NCBI GenBank assembly: GCA_964571705.1
Contig: CAZNDJ010000002.1
Span: forward strand, 37,585-101,584
Direction of reading: 5' to 3'
DNA from: an uncultured Chitinophagaceae bacterium
GTDB taxonomy: Bacteria > Bacteroidota > Bacteroidia > Chitinophagales > LD1
Length of the DNA: 64,000 nt
Shown here: positions 40,254-48,634 of the stretch, one piece after another
Position numbering within the stretch: the first letter of the stretch is position 1
Layout: each line of letters begins with the position of its first letter
The notes under the pieces: generated by a model
The model's database searches: none
Told to the model about the DNA's origin: nothing
Seen by the model: the letters and a program-made list of their open reading frames with translations, nothing else
Made by a program: the position numbers and the translations under genes

Positions 40254-42629
40254 ATGAAGTTCTCGTCTATACTACTTGTTATTGGCTTGGTTCTTTTCTC
40301 ATCTGTAGCTGTAGCACAGCAGGAGCGGTATGACCGCGTGCAGGTCACCTTTGATGCTACGCACACCATATCACAGCTGGCCGCCCTCGGCATAGAGGCA
40401 GATCATGGCCAGCTAAAGAAGGGCTTCTCGCTGACTACGGACCTATCAGCTTCTGAGGTACAGAAAATAGCAGGTGCAGGTTTTAGTTATCAGGTGCTGA
40501 TACAGGATGTAGCCAGCTACTACGCTCAGCAGCGTGCTGCAGTGCAGCCTGCATCTCCCCGTACGGTGACCTGCAGCTCGCCTTTCAGCTATAATGTGCA
40601 GACTCCGGCCAACTTTCACGGAGGTAGCATGGGTGGATTTCTGACCTATACGGAGATGCTGGCAGAGCTGGACTCCATGCATGCGAAATACCCGAACCTG
40701 ATCTCAGCGAGGAATGTGATAGACACCTTTCACTCTATAGAGGGTCGCCAGCTGTACTGGCTGAGGATATCTAACCATCCGGATTCAGACCAGACGCAGA
40801 AGCCGCAGATACTGTATACTGCCCTACACCACGCACGTGAACCTGCGGGACTGACCGACATGATGTTCTACATGTGGTACCTGCTGGAAAACTACCAGAC
40901 CTCTGCAGAGGTGCGCGCACTGGTAGACCATACAGAGATGTATATACTGCCATGTGTGAATCCTGATGGCTATATCTATAATAAGACCACCAATCCCACG
41001 GGTGGTGGTATGTGGCGTAAAAACAGGCGCCACAATGCTGACAGCACCTATGGCGTAGACCTGAACCGCAACTATGGCTACAACTGGGGCTATGACAATA
41101 CAGGTTCCTCCAATGTGACTACGGATGAGACATACCGCGGTACAGCAGGATTTAGCGAGCCGGAGATACGGGCTGTGAAGTTTTTTGCTGAGCATCATCA
41201 CTTCCGTATAGCAGTAAACTATCATACCTATAGCAATATGCTCATCTATCCATGGGGATACCAGGCAGGCCTGCTCACGCCTGATTCATCCCTATTCATA
41301 GCATATGCACGCACCATGACCAAGTACAATGGATTTCTCTATGGTACGGGTGACCAGACAGTGGGCTACACTACTAATGGCGACTCTGATGACTGGATGT
41401 ATGGCGAGCAAAACTCTAAGAATAAGGTCCTGTCTATGACACCGGAGTCGGGCTCTCAGGCCTATGGATTCTGGCCACCGGCATCAGCTGTGACAGATGT
41501 GGCCAAGGAGAATTTTGACCTGATATTCTATGCGCATAAGTTTCTGCTACGCCACCTGGAGATCACAGATATCTCTCCAAAGGTGGCGCTGAGCCATCAG
41601 TTCCTTTTCAAATACAATGCGCAGCAGCTGGGCCTGGATACACCGGCGGTTTATAATGTATCTCTCACTTCTTCTGATCCTAATGTGACTGTGCCACCTA
41701 CAGTGAAAACTATCACTGACCCTGCGCTGCTATCTACCATTACGGATTCCTTTGTCATACAGCTCAGCCCCAATATTACAACGGGCTCAGCTTTTACTTT
41801 TGAGATAGTGGTAGACAACGGACTCTACAGCTATGCCGATACTATCACCAAGCATTTCAATACCGGTGACACGATCTACTATAACAACTGTAACAGTGCT
41901 GCGACATTTACCCATACCGGTACCTGGGCACCTACTACCAGCACGTACACATCTGCCACGGCCTCTATCACTGATAGTCCTAATGGCAATTACTCTAACA
42001 ATAGTAATATCTCTATCACCCTCACCGACAGCATAGACCTGACTCACGCTACCAGTGCCAGCCTGCTCTACCAGGCCAAATGGCAGCTGGAAAAAAGCTA
42101 TGACTATGTACTCGCAGAGGCATCTACTGACAGGCTGAGCTGGTCACCGCTGTGCGGACTGTATACCAACGTAGGGCAAAACCAAAGCAATGCCTACCAA
42201 AGCCTCTATGATGGCTACCAGAATGAATGGGTACAGGAGGTAGTAGACCTGGGTGACTATACAGGCCACAAGACCTGGCTGCGCTTCTCACTCGTGAGCG
42301 ATCAGTATATGAACTACGATGGGTTCTACTTTGACGACCTGACGGTGCTGGCGCATCTGGATAGCACATCTATGGGTGTGAAAAATATAGGCAGCAATGG
42401 CGACTGGAGCCTGTATCCTAATCCTGCTACGGACCAGGTGGTCATCGCTCCGGCAGCGATCAGCGGATCGTCGCTGACCATCTATGATGCCATGGGGGCC
42501 GAGGTGAAAAAACTCATGATCACTGATAGCAAGATATCTGTGGCTGACCTCGCGCCGGGCGCTTACTTTGCCAGCATCATGCAGAATGGACGCAATAGCC
42601 AGATGCGCAAGCTGATCGTAGTACGGTAG
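40254..42629 (+). CDS. M14 family zinc carboxypeptidase with T9SS type A C-terminal sorting domain
   Basis: Zn ligands in LHHAREPAG (HxxE) and NYHTYSN; NRNY substrate-binding motif. The CTD is WSLYPNPATDQVVIAP...GAYFASIMQNGRNSQMRKLIVV. Confidence 0.88.
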   Translation: MKFSSILLVIGLVLFSSVAVAQQERYDRVQVTFDATHTISQLAALGIEADHGQLKKGFSLTTDLSASEVQKIAGAGFSYQVLIQDVASYYAQQRAAVQPASPRTVTCSSPFSYNVQTPANFHGGSMGGFLTYTEMLAELDSMHAKYPNLISARNVIDTFHSIEGRQLYWLRISNHPDSDQTQKPQILYTALHHAREPAGLTDMMFYMWYLLENYQTSAEVRALVDHTEMYILPCVNPDGYIYNKTTNPTGGGMWRKNRRHNADSTYGVDLNRNYGYNWGYDNTGSSNVTTDETYRGTAGFSEPEIRAVKFFAEHHHFRIAVNYHTYSNMLIYPWGYQAGLLTPDSSLFIAYARTMTKYNGFLYGTGDQTVGYTTNGDSDDWMYGEQNSKNKVLSMTPESGSQAYGFWPPASAVTDVAKENFDLIFYAHKFLLRHLEITDISPKVALSHQFLFKYNAQQLGLDTPAVYNVSLTSSDPNVTVPPTVKTITDPALLSTITDSFVIQLSPNITTGSAFTFEIVVDNGLYSYADTITKHFNTGDTIYYNNCNSAATFTHTGTWAPTTSTYTSATASITDSPNGNYSNNSNISITLTDSIDLTHATSASLLYQAKWQLEKSYDYVLAEASTDRLSWSPLCGLYTNVGQNQSNAYQSLYDGYQNEWVQEVVDLGDYTGHKTWLRFSLVSDQYMNYDGFYFDDLTVLAHLDSTSMGVKNIGSNGDWSLYPNPATDQVVIAPAAISGSSLTIYDAMGAEVKKLMITDSKISVADLAPGAYFASIMQNGRNSQMRKLIVVR

Positions 42630-42630
42630 T

Positions 42631-43635
42631 TTACTTCCGGGCATTGGCGGCAGCTATGGGAGCGAAAGGACCATACTTGTGCTGCTGCTCACTAAAGGTA
42701 TCTGTGTAAGGCCCGAACGGATGATCTACGGGCTTGGCGGCCAGATGCGGCCAGTCATGACTGAGATCCATAGCGGGCCGTGGCTGCGAGCAGATGTAGG
42801 CTGCTACATCCCAGGCCTCCTCATCTGATAGCTGCGGTGCATCATAGCTCACTCCATAGGGCATATTGTATTTCACGTAGCCTGCTATACGCGAGAGGCG
42901 ATACAGCCCAGCCCCTGCATTGAAACTATGCTGGCCCCAGAGCGGAGGGTATTGATAGGACTGTCCATCAGGTTGTACTATGCCTTGCCCATCTTCCTTA
43001 TGGCAGCTTTGGCATTTGTCAGTATAGACCATCTTGCCAGCTGCTGGATCTGCAGTTCTATCCAGATATGGCAGATCTCTTATACCTGCGCCCTTTATTT
43101 TGCTGCCTCTCGTGGTGCCCTGGCCGAGCCAGAGGATATAGGCTTTCATAGCCAGCATCTCCCGGGAGGCGGTGTCGAGTGGCGTACCATTCAGGCTACG
43201 AAGCATGCAGTCATTGATACGTTTGGCCAGTGTCTCGGTGGTAGCTGAGCGCTCCCGGTATTTGGGATAGGTGGCGGCCACTGCGCTGTAGTTATTGCCC
43301 CAGAGCCGGGTGCCGGCATCGAGGTGGCAGTTCTGGCAGTTCATGCCGTTAGTGAGGTGTAGTACCGATCCGCGGGGACCTAGATAGGTAGCAGTATGTA
43401 CGATCAGCTCACGCCCGTAGAGGATGAGCCGGCCATCTGCCGTAGTATCTACGCCATGAATATCAGGTGCATGCCAAGCAGCTGCATCAGCTGTGGCTGT
43501 AGCGGGCGCAGCAATGGGCGTACTATCGCCACCAGACATAAGAGATACGATAAGCAGCGTAGCTATCAGTGTAAGCATGCACACAGCGGCCAGCTGCCAC
43601 GCAAAACGCTTATCCATTTTATCCTGACCGTCCAC
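42631..43635 (-). CDS. Dihaem c-type cytochrome, TsdA (thiosulfate dehydrogenase)-like family, with N-terminal membrane anchor
   Basis: Two CxxCH motifs (CQNCH, CQSCH). RINDCMLRSLNG carries the Cys that is the haem-1 ligand in TsdA; PPLWG..SFNAGAGLYR and SDEEAWDVAAYI resemble TsdA. One TM helix lies near the N-terminus. Confidence 0.7.
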   Translation of the reverse strand: MDGQDKMDKRFAWQLAAVCMLTLIATLLIVSLMSGGDSTPIAAPATATADAAAWHAPDIHGVDTTADGRLILYGRELIVHTATYLGPRGSVLHLTNGMNCQNCHLDAGTRLWGNNYSAVAATYPKYRERSATTETLAKRINDCMLRSLNGTPLDTASREMLAMKAYILWLGQGTTRGSKIKGAGIRDLPYLDRTADPAAGKMVYTDKCQSCHKEDGQGIVQPDGQSYQYPPLWGQHSFNAGAGLYRLSRIAGYVKYNMPYGVSYDAPQLSDEEAWDVAAYICSQPRPAMDLSHDWPHLAAKPVDHPFGPYTDTFSEQQHKYGPFAPIAAANARK

Positions 43636-43724
43636 TTATGCGGGGTTTATTAATTTTACCTGACCCTGACCGGCGGCCATAGGGCTGTCAGTAAAGGTAC
43701 ATTTCTTTGCCCCAAAATATCGCA

Positions 43725-43988
43725 ATGGAAAAGACATACAAAAACTGCCAGAGCTGCGGCATGCCGATGAAAAAATCTCCGGGAGGCGGAGGCACTAATG
43801 CTGATGGATCTATCAGTGGCATGTACTGTGCCTACTGCTATGAAAATGGCCAATTCAAACAGCCGGACTGGACGGCAGATCAGATGCAGGAGTTTGCCAA
43901 AGGCAAGCTGAAGGAGATGGGTTTCCCGGGCTTTCTGGCGGGCCTTTTCACGAAAGGCATACCGCAACTGGAGCGGTGGAAAAAGTAA
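43725..43988 (+). CDS. Zinc-ribbon domain-containing small protein
   Basis: 87 aa from MEKTYKNCQSCGMPM...YCAYCY (two CxxC pairs). Start placed at Met-7 of the ORF. Confidence 0.65.
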   Translation: MEKTYKNCQSCGMPMKKSPGGGGTNADGSISGMYCAYCYENGQFKQPDWTADQMQEFAKGKLKEMGFPGFLAGLFTKGIPQLERWKK

Positions 43989-44002
43989 AGCTTCCCAAAT
44001 AA

Positions 44003-44034
44003 CAAATGCCTCCTGTTTTGACAGAAGGCATTTG
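44003..44034. terminator. Bidirectional hairpin between convergent genes
   Basis: 9-bp stem CAAATGCCT (44003-44011) / AGGCATTTG (44026-44034). Confidence 0.55.
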
Positions 44035-44055
44035 CAGAGTTTGTAGTCTTTATCC

Positions 44056-45741
44056 TTAATGTTTGATCACGAGTTTTCTGAAAGATGATTGCTCACCACT
44101 TTTGATCCCGAGGGTGTAGATACCATCAGCAAGGGAAGCCACCTCTACACTAGCCGCCTGCTGCGAGAGATGAATAGGAGCTTCTACTGTCTGCCCTATT
44201 GCATCACGTACCTCCACCGCTGTGATACTGCGGTCCGAGGTGATGTAGGCTACATCTGAAGCTGGGACCGGATATAGCTTACACCCATCAGCCGCGGGCC
44301 CGGCTATGCCTGTAGAAGCGTCTGTGATCACATACTGCCCCATCATACCATCGTCCTCATGCATGAGGATATGGCAGTGGTACATATATGGTGTGACCGT
44401 ATCCGGGAAGTCAGTGAACTGCATCATGATGCGCACATTCTCGAGGCTATGTACGAGGACGACATCTTTCCATCCTGCCTCCTTGGCTGAGGGTGGATTA
44501 CCATCTCTGTCCAGCACCTGAAACTGTACACCGTGCAGGTGAAAAGGATGCGCCACCATCGTACTATCGCGCAGGGTCCAGATCTCAGTATTATGGAGCG
44601 GTATGCGGTGGTCTATGCGCTCCATGTCAAACAGCTGCCCATTGAAATAAAACGGACCATCCATCACCATCATATTCTGTGCAGTGAAAGTAATGCGGCG
44701 CGTCATATCTGCTGCCGCTGTCTGATACCGTGGCACAGGCACGAGAGAAGATGGGATAGTAGTGACAGGTGATGCTGTGGCCGCTCCCACATGGATCTGC
44801 AGGATATTAAAATCTATGCCATCCAGTGGGCTATACATGGTATTCATGCCGCCCATATTCATAGGCGGACCGCCCCTGACATCTGATGGCAGCTCTGATC
44901 CATAGCTACGCAGGTAGAGTGTCTGGCCGGCCATCGTACTGAGGTCTACGAGTACCTCTGCCCGCTCTCCCGGCGATACTGATACGCGCGTGGTACTCAC
45001 AGGTGCGCCCAGCAGTCCGCCATCACTACCTATCACGTAAAACAAGTGATCATTGGTCAGGCCAAAATTAAATGTGCGCTCCTGAGAGGCATTGAGCAGG
45101 CGCAGGCGTACTACCTGTGCCGGCAGAGCTACCAGGGGATCCATGGTACCATTCACCAGCAGGATACTGTCACTCATAGCGCGCGGGTTGATCTGATTGA
45201 CCGAGTCAAACTCGTGAGACTGTACTACTATGGGAAAGTCATCTACCCCGTAGGTGCGCGGCAGATTCAGTGCCTGCTCGGTACTATCCCTGACTATGAT
45301 CACACCGGCGGCTCCACGTAGCGCCTGGAGGCCGGTCTTGTGGTCTAGGTGCGGGTGGTACCAGTACATAGCAGCGCGGTCCATGACCGGGAAGGAGGGG
45401 CTCCAGTCCATACCGTCCATGATCATCGTATGAGGGCCACCATCATTGATAGCCGCCAGGTGCAGGCCATGCCAGTGTACGGTGGTGGTATCGCCCATGT
45501 GATTGGTCACAGTGAAGTGTACATTCTGCCCTTTGTGCAGGATCAGCGTCGGGCCAAAATAGCGGTAGCCATTGACACCGTATGTCTGCGTGATCCTGCC
45601 GGGCAGAAACTGGACGCTATCCCGGCTGATGATGAGGCCTATTGTACTACCCGAAATGGTATCGGGCAGGAAGATCGCATTTTGTGCGAGCGCTATATGA
45701 TACACACATAGCGCCGCGATGATTATTGCCAGCCTTTTCAT
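44056..45741 (-). CDS. Multicopper oxidase (laccase/CueO-like) with T9SS type A C-terminal sorting domain
   Basis: Copper-binding motifs HWHGL, WYHPH, HPFHLHG and HCHILMHEDDGMM. The C-terminal ~85 aa (KLYPVPASDVAYITS...GIYTLGIKSGEQSSFRKLVIKH) are CTD-like. Confidence 0.88.
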   Translation of the reverse strand: MKRLAIIIAALCVYHIALAQNAIFLPDTISGSTIGLIISRDSVQFLPGRITQTYGVNGYRYFGPTLILHKGQNVHFTVTNHMGDTTTVHWHGLHLAAINDGGPHTMIMDGMDWSPSFPVMDRAAMYWYHPHLDHKTGLQALRGAAGVIIVRDSTEQALNLPRTYGVDDFPIVVQSHEFDSVNQINPRAMSDSILLVNGTMDPLVALPAQVVRLRLLNASQERTFNFGLTNDHLFYVIGSDGGLLGAPVSTTRVSVSPGERAEVLVDLSTMAGQTLYLRSYGSELPSDVRGGPPMNMGGMNTMYSPLDGIDFNILQIHVGAATASPVTTIPSSLVPVPRYQTAAADMTRRITFTAQNMMVMDGPFYFNGQLFDMERIDHRIPLHNTEIWTLRDSTMVAHPFHLHGVQFQVLDRDGNPPSAKEAGWKDVVLVHSLENVRIMMQFTDFPDTVTPYMYHCHILMHEDDGMMGQYVITDASTGIAGPAADGCKLYPVPASDVAYITSDRSITAVEVRDAIGQTVEAPIHLSQQAASVEVASLADGIYTLGIKSGEQSSFRKLVIKH

Positions 45742-45747
45742 GATAGC

Positions 45748-46650
45748 TTATTCTATGATCACCTTGCGGGAGGCATTGATTCCTGCTCCGGTGCACTGGA
45801 CTATATACGCGCCCCTGGCTATTCCTGAGGTATTGATAGTGACAGATTCACGGACTGAGATGTCCTCCAGAGATGTGACTACGCGGCCAGTGAGATCGGT
45901 GAGCTGCACCGCCTGTACCTGCTGGCCCGCAGGCAGGCTGACCGAGAGCTGTGAGCTGGCAGGATTAGGGTGTACAGATATAGCACTCTCTGCCGCAGAA
46001 GCCTCCTGCACACCTGTGGCACCAGCTACAGCACCAGTGAAGGTCAACGTATCTACACTGAGGTAGCTGTTATTGACCGGAGTGGTGCCGCTGGCAGATA
46101 GTACGATGATGGCAGAGTCAGGATAGGACAGGCTCTGGTATGTCAGTGGTATAGAGAAGGTAACCCAGCTCATCTCCATGCCTGCCAGCAGGTGGTAGGC
46201 GCTCGCTACAGTGTCCCTCATCTGCATTGCGCTATTCCATTTAGTAAGGAGTATGGCTACAAAGCCCTGGTCTGAGCCATAGGCCATATACTGCCAGGCT
46301 CCCTCCAGCTGCTGCGGGCGCTGCGCAAAAGCGAAACCGGAGACGGCCTGAGGAGCAGACATATTGGTCATGTCGAGCATGCCAGACACTGCTATGCCAG
46401 GCACTACGCCCATACCGCTGACAGTCTTGGATACGAGTTTGATGTAGGAGTCTGCCTGATAGCCCGGTGAGCCCTGCACGCAGGTATATACTGAGGATGC
46501 CGCAGACATCGCATTTGAATTATCCCAACCTGCAGGAGAGTTGTAGCCCATCGAGTTATCCCATGTCTCAAAGCCGGCATTAGGTATCTGTGCAGATGCA
46601 GATAGAGTAAAAAGTGTAAAAACAATAACGCTAAGTAATGTCTTCTTCAT
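45748..46650 (-). CDS. PCMD-like jelly-roll protein with T9SS type A C-terminal sorting domain
   Basis: Signal peptide, IPNAGFETWDN N-terminal motif (as in PCMD domain proteins) and the CTD SVHPNPASSQLSVSLP...GAYIVQCTGAGINASRKVIIE. A 6-nt gap to the oxidase gene suggests co-transcription. Confidence 0.65.
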   Translation of the reverse strand: MKKTLLSVIVFTLFTLSASAQIPNAGFETWDNSMGYNSPAGWDNSNAMSAASSVYTCVQGSPGYQADSYIKLVSKTVSGMGVVPGIAVSGMLDMTNMSAPQAVSGFAFAQRPQQLEGAWQYMAYGSDQGFVAILLTKWNSAMQMRDTVASAYHLLAGMEMSWVTFSIPLTYQSLSYPDSAIIVLSASGTTPVNNSYLSVDTLTFTGAVAGATGVQEASAAESAISVHPNPASSQLSVSLPAGQQVQAVQLTDLTGRVVTSLEDISVRESVTINTSGIARGAYIVQCTGAGINASRKVIIE

Positions 46651-46800
46651 TTTGTAAAAGATGTATTAGATGGATAAATGATCATTGCAACAAGTACGGC
46701 GCTGGCGAAGTGAAGACAGCACATACCGGCTATATCAAAGATATAATATTCTATTATTCAACGGTGTAACTGTGAACTGCGCTGCGGCGGCAGAAACAGA

Positions 46801-46821
46801 AAAGCCCCTGACCGGGGCTTT
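46801..46821 (-). terminator. Hairpin immediately 3' of tRNA-Ser
   Basis: AAAGCCCC / GGGGCTTT 8-bp stem, 5-nt loop; on the minus strand it is followed by TCTGTTTCT. Confidence 0.55.
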
Positions 46822-46832
46822 AGCAGAAAATG

Positions 46833-46919
46833 CAGAGAGGAAGGGATTCGAACCCTCGATACGCTTTCACGTATACACACTTTCCAGGCGTGCTCCTTCA
46901 ACCACTCGGACACCTCTCT
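46833..46919 (-). tRNA. tRNA-Ser (anticodon GGA), long variable arm
   Basis: Minus strand reads AGAGAGG-TG-TCCGAGTGGTTGAAGGA-G-CACGC-CTGGAAA-GTGTG-TATACGTGAAAGCGTATC-GAGGG-TTCGAAT-CCCTT-CCTCTCT-G. Cloverleaf folded by hand. Anticodon loop is CU-GGA-AA; CCA is not encoded. Confidence 0.88.
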
Positions 46920-46956
46920 AGGAAATGGGAAGGCGAATATAACGCCTTTTCGCAAA

Positions 46957-47730
46957 TTACAGCTGAAATACTTTGAGTGCATTGGCTGTGGTAGCCTCCG
47001 CTACCTGCGCCAGACTGAGGCCTGTGACAGCGGCTACCTCCTCTGCTATGATGCGGATATAAGATGGCTCATTACGCTTGCCACGATAGGGTACCGGGGT
47101 GAGGTACGGCGCATCGGTCTCCAGCACTACCTGAGAGAGCCCTATCTCTTTTATCACTTCTTTCAGTCCGGCATTCTTGTAGGTGACCACACCTCCTACA
47201 CCGAGCATAAAATCCAGCTTGATGATCTCGCGCGCCTCCTCTACGGAGCCGCTGAAGCAATGGAATATCCCTTTCACTTTGCCCTTGTATTTCTTCAGCA
47301 CCTCTATACAATCATAGGTAGACTTGCGTGAATGTATCACGATAGGCAGGCCTCTCTCTATAGCCCAGCCTATCTGCGTCTCAAAGGCCTCAAACTGGAG
47401 GTCCTTATGCGTGACATCCCAGTAGAAGTCGAGGCCGATCTCACCTACGGCGTAGTATTTAGTACCATTGTCCAGATACTGTAGCGCGGTGGCGAGCTCC
47501 TGCTTGTAGTTTTCATTGATGCTGCACGGGTGCACACCCATCATGGGGTATATGGTCTGGCGGCCGGTGGAGCGCTGGCAGAGCTGCAGGAGGCGATCAT
47601 GCGTCTCATGATCTATAGCCGGGAGGAAGATCTTCTCTATGCCACTGTGATAGGCGCGTTGCAGTACTGTCTCTATATCACTATCAAACTGCTCACCATA
47701 TATGTGAGCATGCGTATCTACTAAAACCAT
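46957..47730 (-). CDS. TatD family metal-dependent hydrolase (DNase)
   Basis: 257 aa with LVDTHAHIY, GEIGLDFYW, IHSR and ETDAPYL motifs. Confidence 0.9.
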   Translation of the reverse strand: MVLVDTHAHIYGEQFDSDIETVLQRAYHSGIEKIFLPAIDHETHDRLLQLCQRSTGRQTIYPMMGVHPCSINENYKQELATALQYLDNGTKYYAVGEIGLDFYWDVTHKDLQFEAFETQIGWAIERGLPIVIHSRKSTYDCIEVLKKYKGKVKGIFHCFSGSVEEAREIIKLDFMLGVGGVVTYKNAGLKEVIKEIGLSQVVLETDAPYLTPVPYRGKRNEPSYIRIIAEEVAAVTGLSLAQVAEATTANALKVFQL

Positions 47731-47745
47731 GGCGCAAAGAAAGCG

Positions 47746-48432
47746 TCAATCAGGGAGAGTTTCAAACGTATAGCCCAGCTGACTGTAATGCTCCAGTACG
47801 AGCGGGAGGGCAAAGAGCATTTTATCCATCGCCTTCAGGCTATCGTGAAAGACCACAATGGAGCCCGGCACGGCATTCTTTACTACATTATCCAGCACCT
47901 GCTCTTTGGTGATCCTGAGGTCAAAATCAAAGGAGAGGACATCCCACATCACTATCTTGTAGCGCTTCTTGAGTTTGTTGTATTGTGCTATCGTGAGCTT
48001 GCCGTAGGGCGGCCGGAAATACTGGTGTTCCTCTACAGGCTCCTCGTCATGATGAGCGCTTGCAGGTACTGCGTGGGTACCCATAGCCTCCAGCTGGCTG
48101 GCGCATTGGGCCACATTCTCATAGTAGAGTTCATTTTGCACCTGCCATCCATTCAGGTGGTCAAAGGTATGGTTGCCTATCTTATGCCCTTCGGAGAGGA
48201 TGCGGTAGTAGATGTCCGGATTTGCAGCTACGTTTTTGCCTATCACAAAAAAAGAGGCTTTGGCATCGTACCGGCGGAGTATATCGAGCACTGCAGGTGT
48301 CACGTCTGCTATAGGCCCGTCATCAAATGTCAGGTAGAGCTTCTTCTCACGTGTACGTACCTTCCAGAGAGCCGATGGGAGCAGCCGGCGGGCAGCTCTG
48401 GGGGTTTTTACGATAGACAGATTATCAAACAT
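47746..48432 (-). CDS. Polysaccharide deacetylase family protein (CE4)
   Basis: YLTFDDGP and IGNHTFDH metal-binding motifs; 228 aa. Confidence 0.85.
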   Translation of the reverse strand: MFDNLSIVKTPRAARRLLPSALWKVRTREKKLYLTFDDGPIADVTPAVLDILRRYDAKASFFVIGKNVAANPDIYYRILSEGHKIGNHTFDHLNGWQVQNELYYENVAQCASQLEAMGTHAVPASAHHDEEPVEEHQYFRPPYGKLTIAQYNKLKKRYKIVMWDVLSFDFDLRITKEQVLDNVVKNAVPGSIVVFHDSLKAMDKMLFALPLVLEHYSQLGYTFETLPD

Positions 48433-48634
48433 CAGCCGGGTTTATCTATAATATTTCACCATAGACCCCACAAAAAGGGGTAAGGTTGAACATTGGGGTT
48501 ACAAATAAAGCTTTAAACGGCATCTTTCCTGTTTATTTTCCTGACAGTCTGGTATTATATGAAATAACGCAATCTATCAGTGAAACGTTGCCTGCGACAT
48601 CAAATTGCATTATTTCTGCTATTTTTCGGGCATT

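Noticed and set aside
43656-43967. 103-aa minus-strand ORF overlapping the zinc-ribbon gene
   Set aside because: The + strand product has two CxxC pairs in a known zinc-ribbon arrangement and a downstream terminator. The minus ORF has no recognisable features.
28789-46919. tRNA-Ser-associated genomic island or integrative element
   Set aside because: I found no integrase, excisionase, transposase or conjugation gene, and no direct repeat of the tRNA 3' end. The tRNA 3' end faces the cargo-rich stretch, but mobility evidence is absent.
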